Positions 62,052 through 64,000 of a stretch of 64,000 nt of DNA are shown piece after piece. The position numbers and the translations under genes are program-made. This DNA comes from Eledone cirrhosa (lineage: Eukaryota): assembly GCA_964016885.1 (NCBI GenBank), contig OZ024740.1:63240001-63304000 (forward strand), read 5' to 3'. The notes under the pieces are model-generated. The model had not been told where the DNA came from. It did not search any database and saw only the letters and a program-made list of their open reading frames with translations. Within the stretch, counting starts at the first letter, position 1, and every line of letters starts with the position of its first letter.

Positions 62052-62766
62052 CTATTTATAAAAAAACACCAAAGATTCAAGGTATTTTCAAACAACCATA
62101 TGTTTCAACCGACAAAACTTCATCTGGGTTTCGTATGGTTACAGAGCTTTAATTTTTTTAATTTAAAAAAATGTTTTTTTCCAAAATTTATTTATGGTTT
62201 TATACTCAGACCTTCAGGAATTGGTTTAATATCGACATACTCAGAGTTTATTTTAGCCTGTCAATATTTCACATATGTTTATATATATATCACAACGATG
62301 ACAACAACTACAACTCTAGGAATCAAGAACATCGAAAATAGTACAAAATTACGAGAAATCTCCAACCACTATAGATTTTCCTCACTAGAAGGACACTAGG
62401 ATTCCCTAAAAAACTTTTTTCAAATAAGCTTTAACAAGATTAAAAGTGAGACGTTATCTTCAAAGTCAGTTTAATTGTAATTAGAATATGGTGTCTGCGA
62501 CAGTATGAAATGTTTTGTGAGAGACTTACAAGCTTATATTTATGATTAGGTGTAGATTTTCATTGATGAAGTTAAAAGCTTTAAGAAAAATGATAGACAT
62601 TATTATAGAATTATTTTTAGTGGCATAAAATGTTGTATGCAGTTAAAATCAATCCTGTTCAGATTTAAATATATCAACTGTTTGTTGCAGATAGGCAGAA
62701 AGAAATGCAAACGTTTCTCACCAGTGTGAATGTAAATCCTGTCCAGTACTCTTGAAAAACGCGTCC

Positions 62767-62918
62767 TATACTCTAACTAGTTTCATTCAGAAACAACAGT
62801 CTTTTGTGTTTATTAATTAGATGAGCAGATACATCACATGGGATATATATATATATATATGCTCATCAAATTAATAAACACAAAAGACTTGTTTCTGAAT
62901 GAAACTAGCTAGAGTATA
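62767..62918. repeat. ~60-bp inverted repeat around a short TA tract
   Basis: 62767-62827 versus 62860-62918. Confidence 0.8.
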
Positions 62919-63056
62919 TATATATATATATATATATACTATAAATGAGAATGTATGTGTATATGTGTATGTCTCCTAATGGATCCGAAACGGTGCATCC
63001 TAGAAAAAGACGTTTTTTTTTAACTGTTACTCTTTCACTCACTTTCTAAATCCTGT

Positions 63057-63255
63057 ATGGTGGTGGTGGTGGTAGCGGTGATGGTGGTGATAGCGGTGGT
63101 GGTGGTGCTGCTGGTTGAGGAGGTGGAGGTGGTGGTAGCGGTGGTGATGGTGGTAGTAGTGATGGTTGTGATGGTGATGGTAGTAGTAATAGTAGTGATG
63201 GTAGTAGTGGTGGTGGTGGTAGTGGTGATGGTGGAAGTGGTAGCGGTGGTAGTGT

Positions 63256-63330
<75 letters not shown>

Positions 63331-63340
63331 GGGAGGAGGA
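63057..63340. repeat. (GGT/GAT/TAG)n trinucleotide tract
   Basis: Direct reading. Confidence 0.95.
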
Positions 63341-63941
63341 GGTTATAGAGAAACTCTCCCAGTCATTCCAAAAGGCAACAGGATTGATCAAATCCGAACC
63401 TATTTGAAAAAATTGACACTTTGGACTTCTATCAAAGTTTTGAAACTCCCTACAAAGATGAGGGCATATCTTGATGGAGTTAAACAATCAGGGCAGTTCG
63501 CTTAGAATCTATTAATGCTTGGGGACGGAACACCTCCTGTAGATAGCAAGGGAGCTATTGATATAAGTCCCATATGCACGATGGTAGAATCGTTATTCCA
63601 TCCCATAGAAAATGTTGTCCTCACCTGAAATTACATCTGATCTGTAACTGGATTGACATTCCTACGATGACTCAACCACCTTGAAATTCTTCTCTGCTCT
63701 CTACGCCTTACATCCACTACGATTTTTATTACTTTCTGAATTCACTTTCTGAACTCACTTTCTGTACTCTTATATTATTTTTCCCCCTTATCTCCCCTTA
63801 TATTTAAACTTTTTCCTGTGTTATTTATTTTCATTATTCCCCCCTACTTTCTACATTACCCTTTACATACCTACCTTTTTATTTATAGATATTTATTTCT
63901 GTGTGTATGTATGTGTTGTGTATATGTGTATATATGTATAT

Positions 63942-64000
63942 GTTGGTGTAAATGGTAGCACAGTGGTCCGGATAACCAAAGATGTGGGTTCAACTCCCAT
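63942..64000 (+). other. tRNA-like head (SINE or pseudogene), cut by the window edge
   Basis: A-box TGGTGTAAATGG and B-box GGTTCAACTCC with tRNA-like spacing. Confidence 0.5.

Noticed and set aside
63035-63487. Thr-rich mucin-like ORF
   Set aside because: Trinucleotide repeat translation with no supporting gene structure
63942-64000. Functional tRNA gene
   Set aside because: Truncated by the window edge and no acceptor stem can be verified; more likely a SINE head

Overview
Eukaryotic, AT-rich, repeat-saturated non-genic DNA, most likely from an octopod cephalopod (inferred only from recalled Octopus SINE sequence). No host exon is recognisable, and most listed ORFs are microsatellite translations. 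Contents: two Penelope-like retroelement (PLE) families (RT + GIY-YIG); two R4/Dong-like REL retrotransposon families, all in (TACA)n; a bipartite RTE-derived non-autonomous element with (ATGT)n tails; decayed CRE, Tx1/L1 and RTE LINEs; hATm-like, Tc1 and Helitron remnants; and tRNA-derived SINEs. Two things stand out. (1) A near-intact Neptune-like PLE carries an extra 449-aa ORF1 that overlaps the RT ORF, with an in-phase U_UUU_UUA -1 slippery site (gag-pol-like). (2) About ten unrelated short non-coding elements, mostly in (TA)n, have PLE-style tandem or inverted structure and usually carry their own minimal hammerhead ribozyme: a retrozyme-like swarm probably mobilised by the PLEs. All folds and alignments were done by eye, and element boundaries are approximate.
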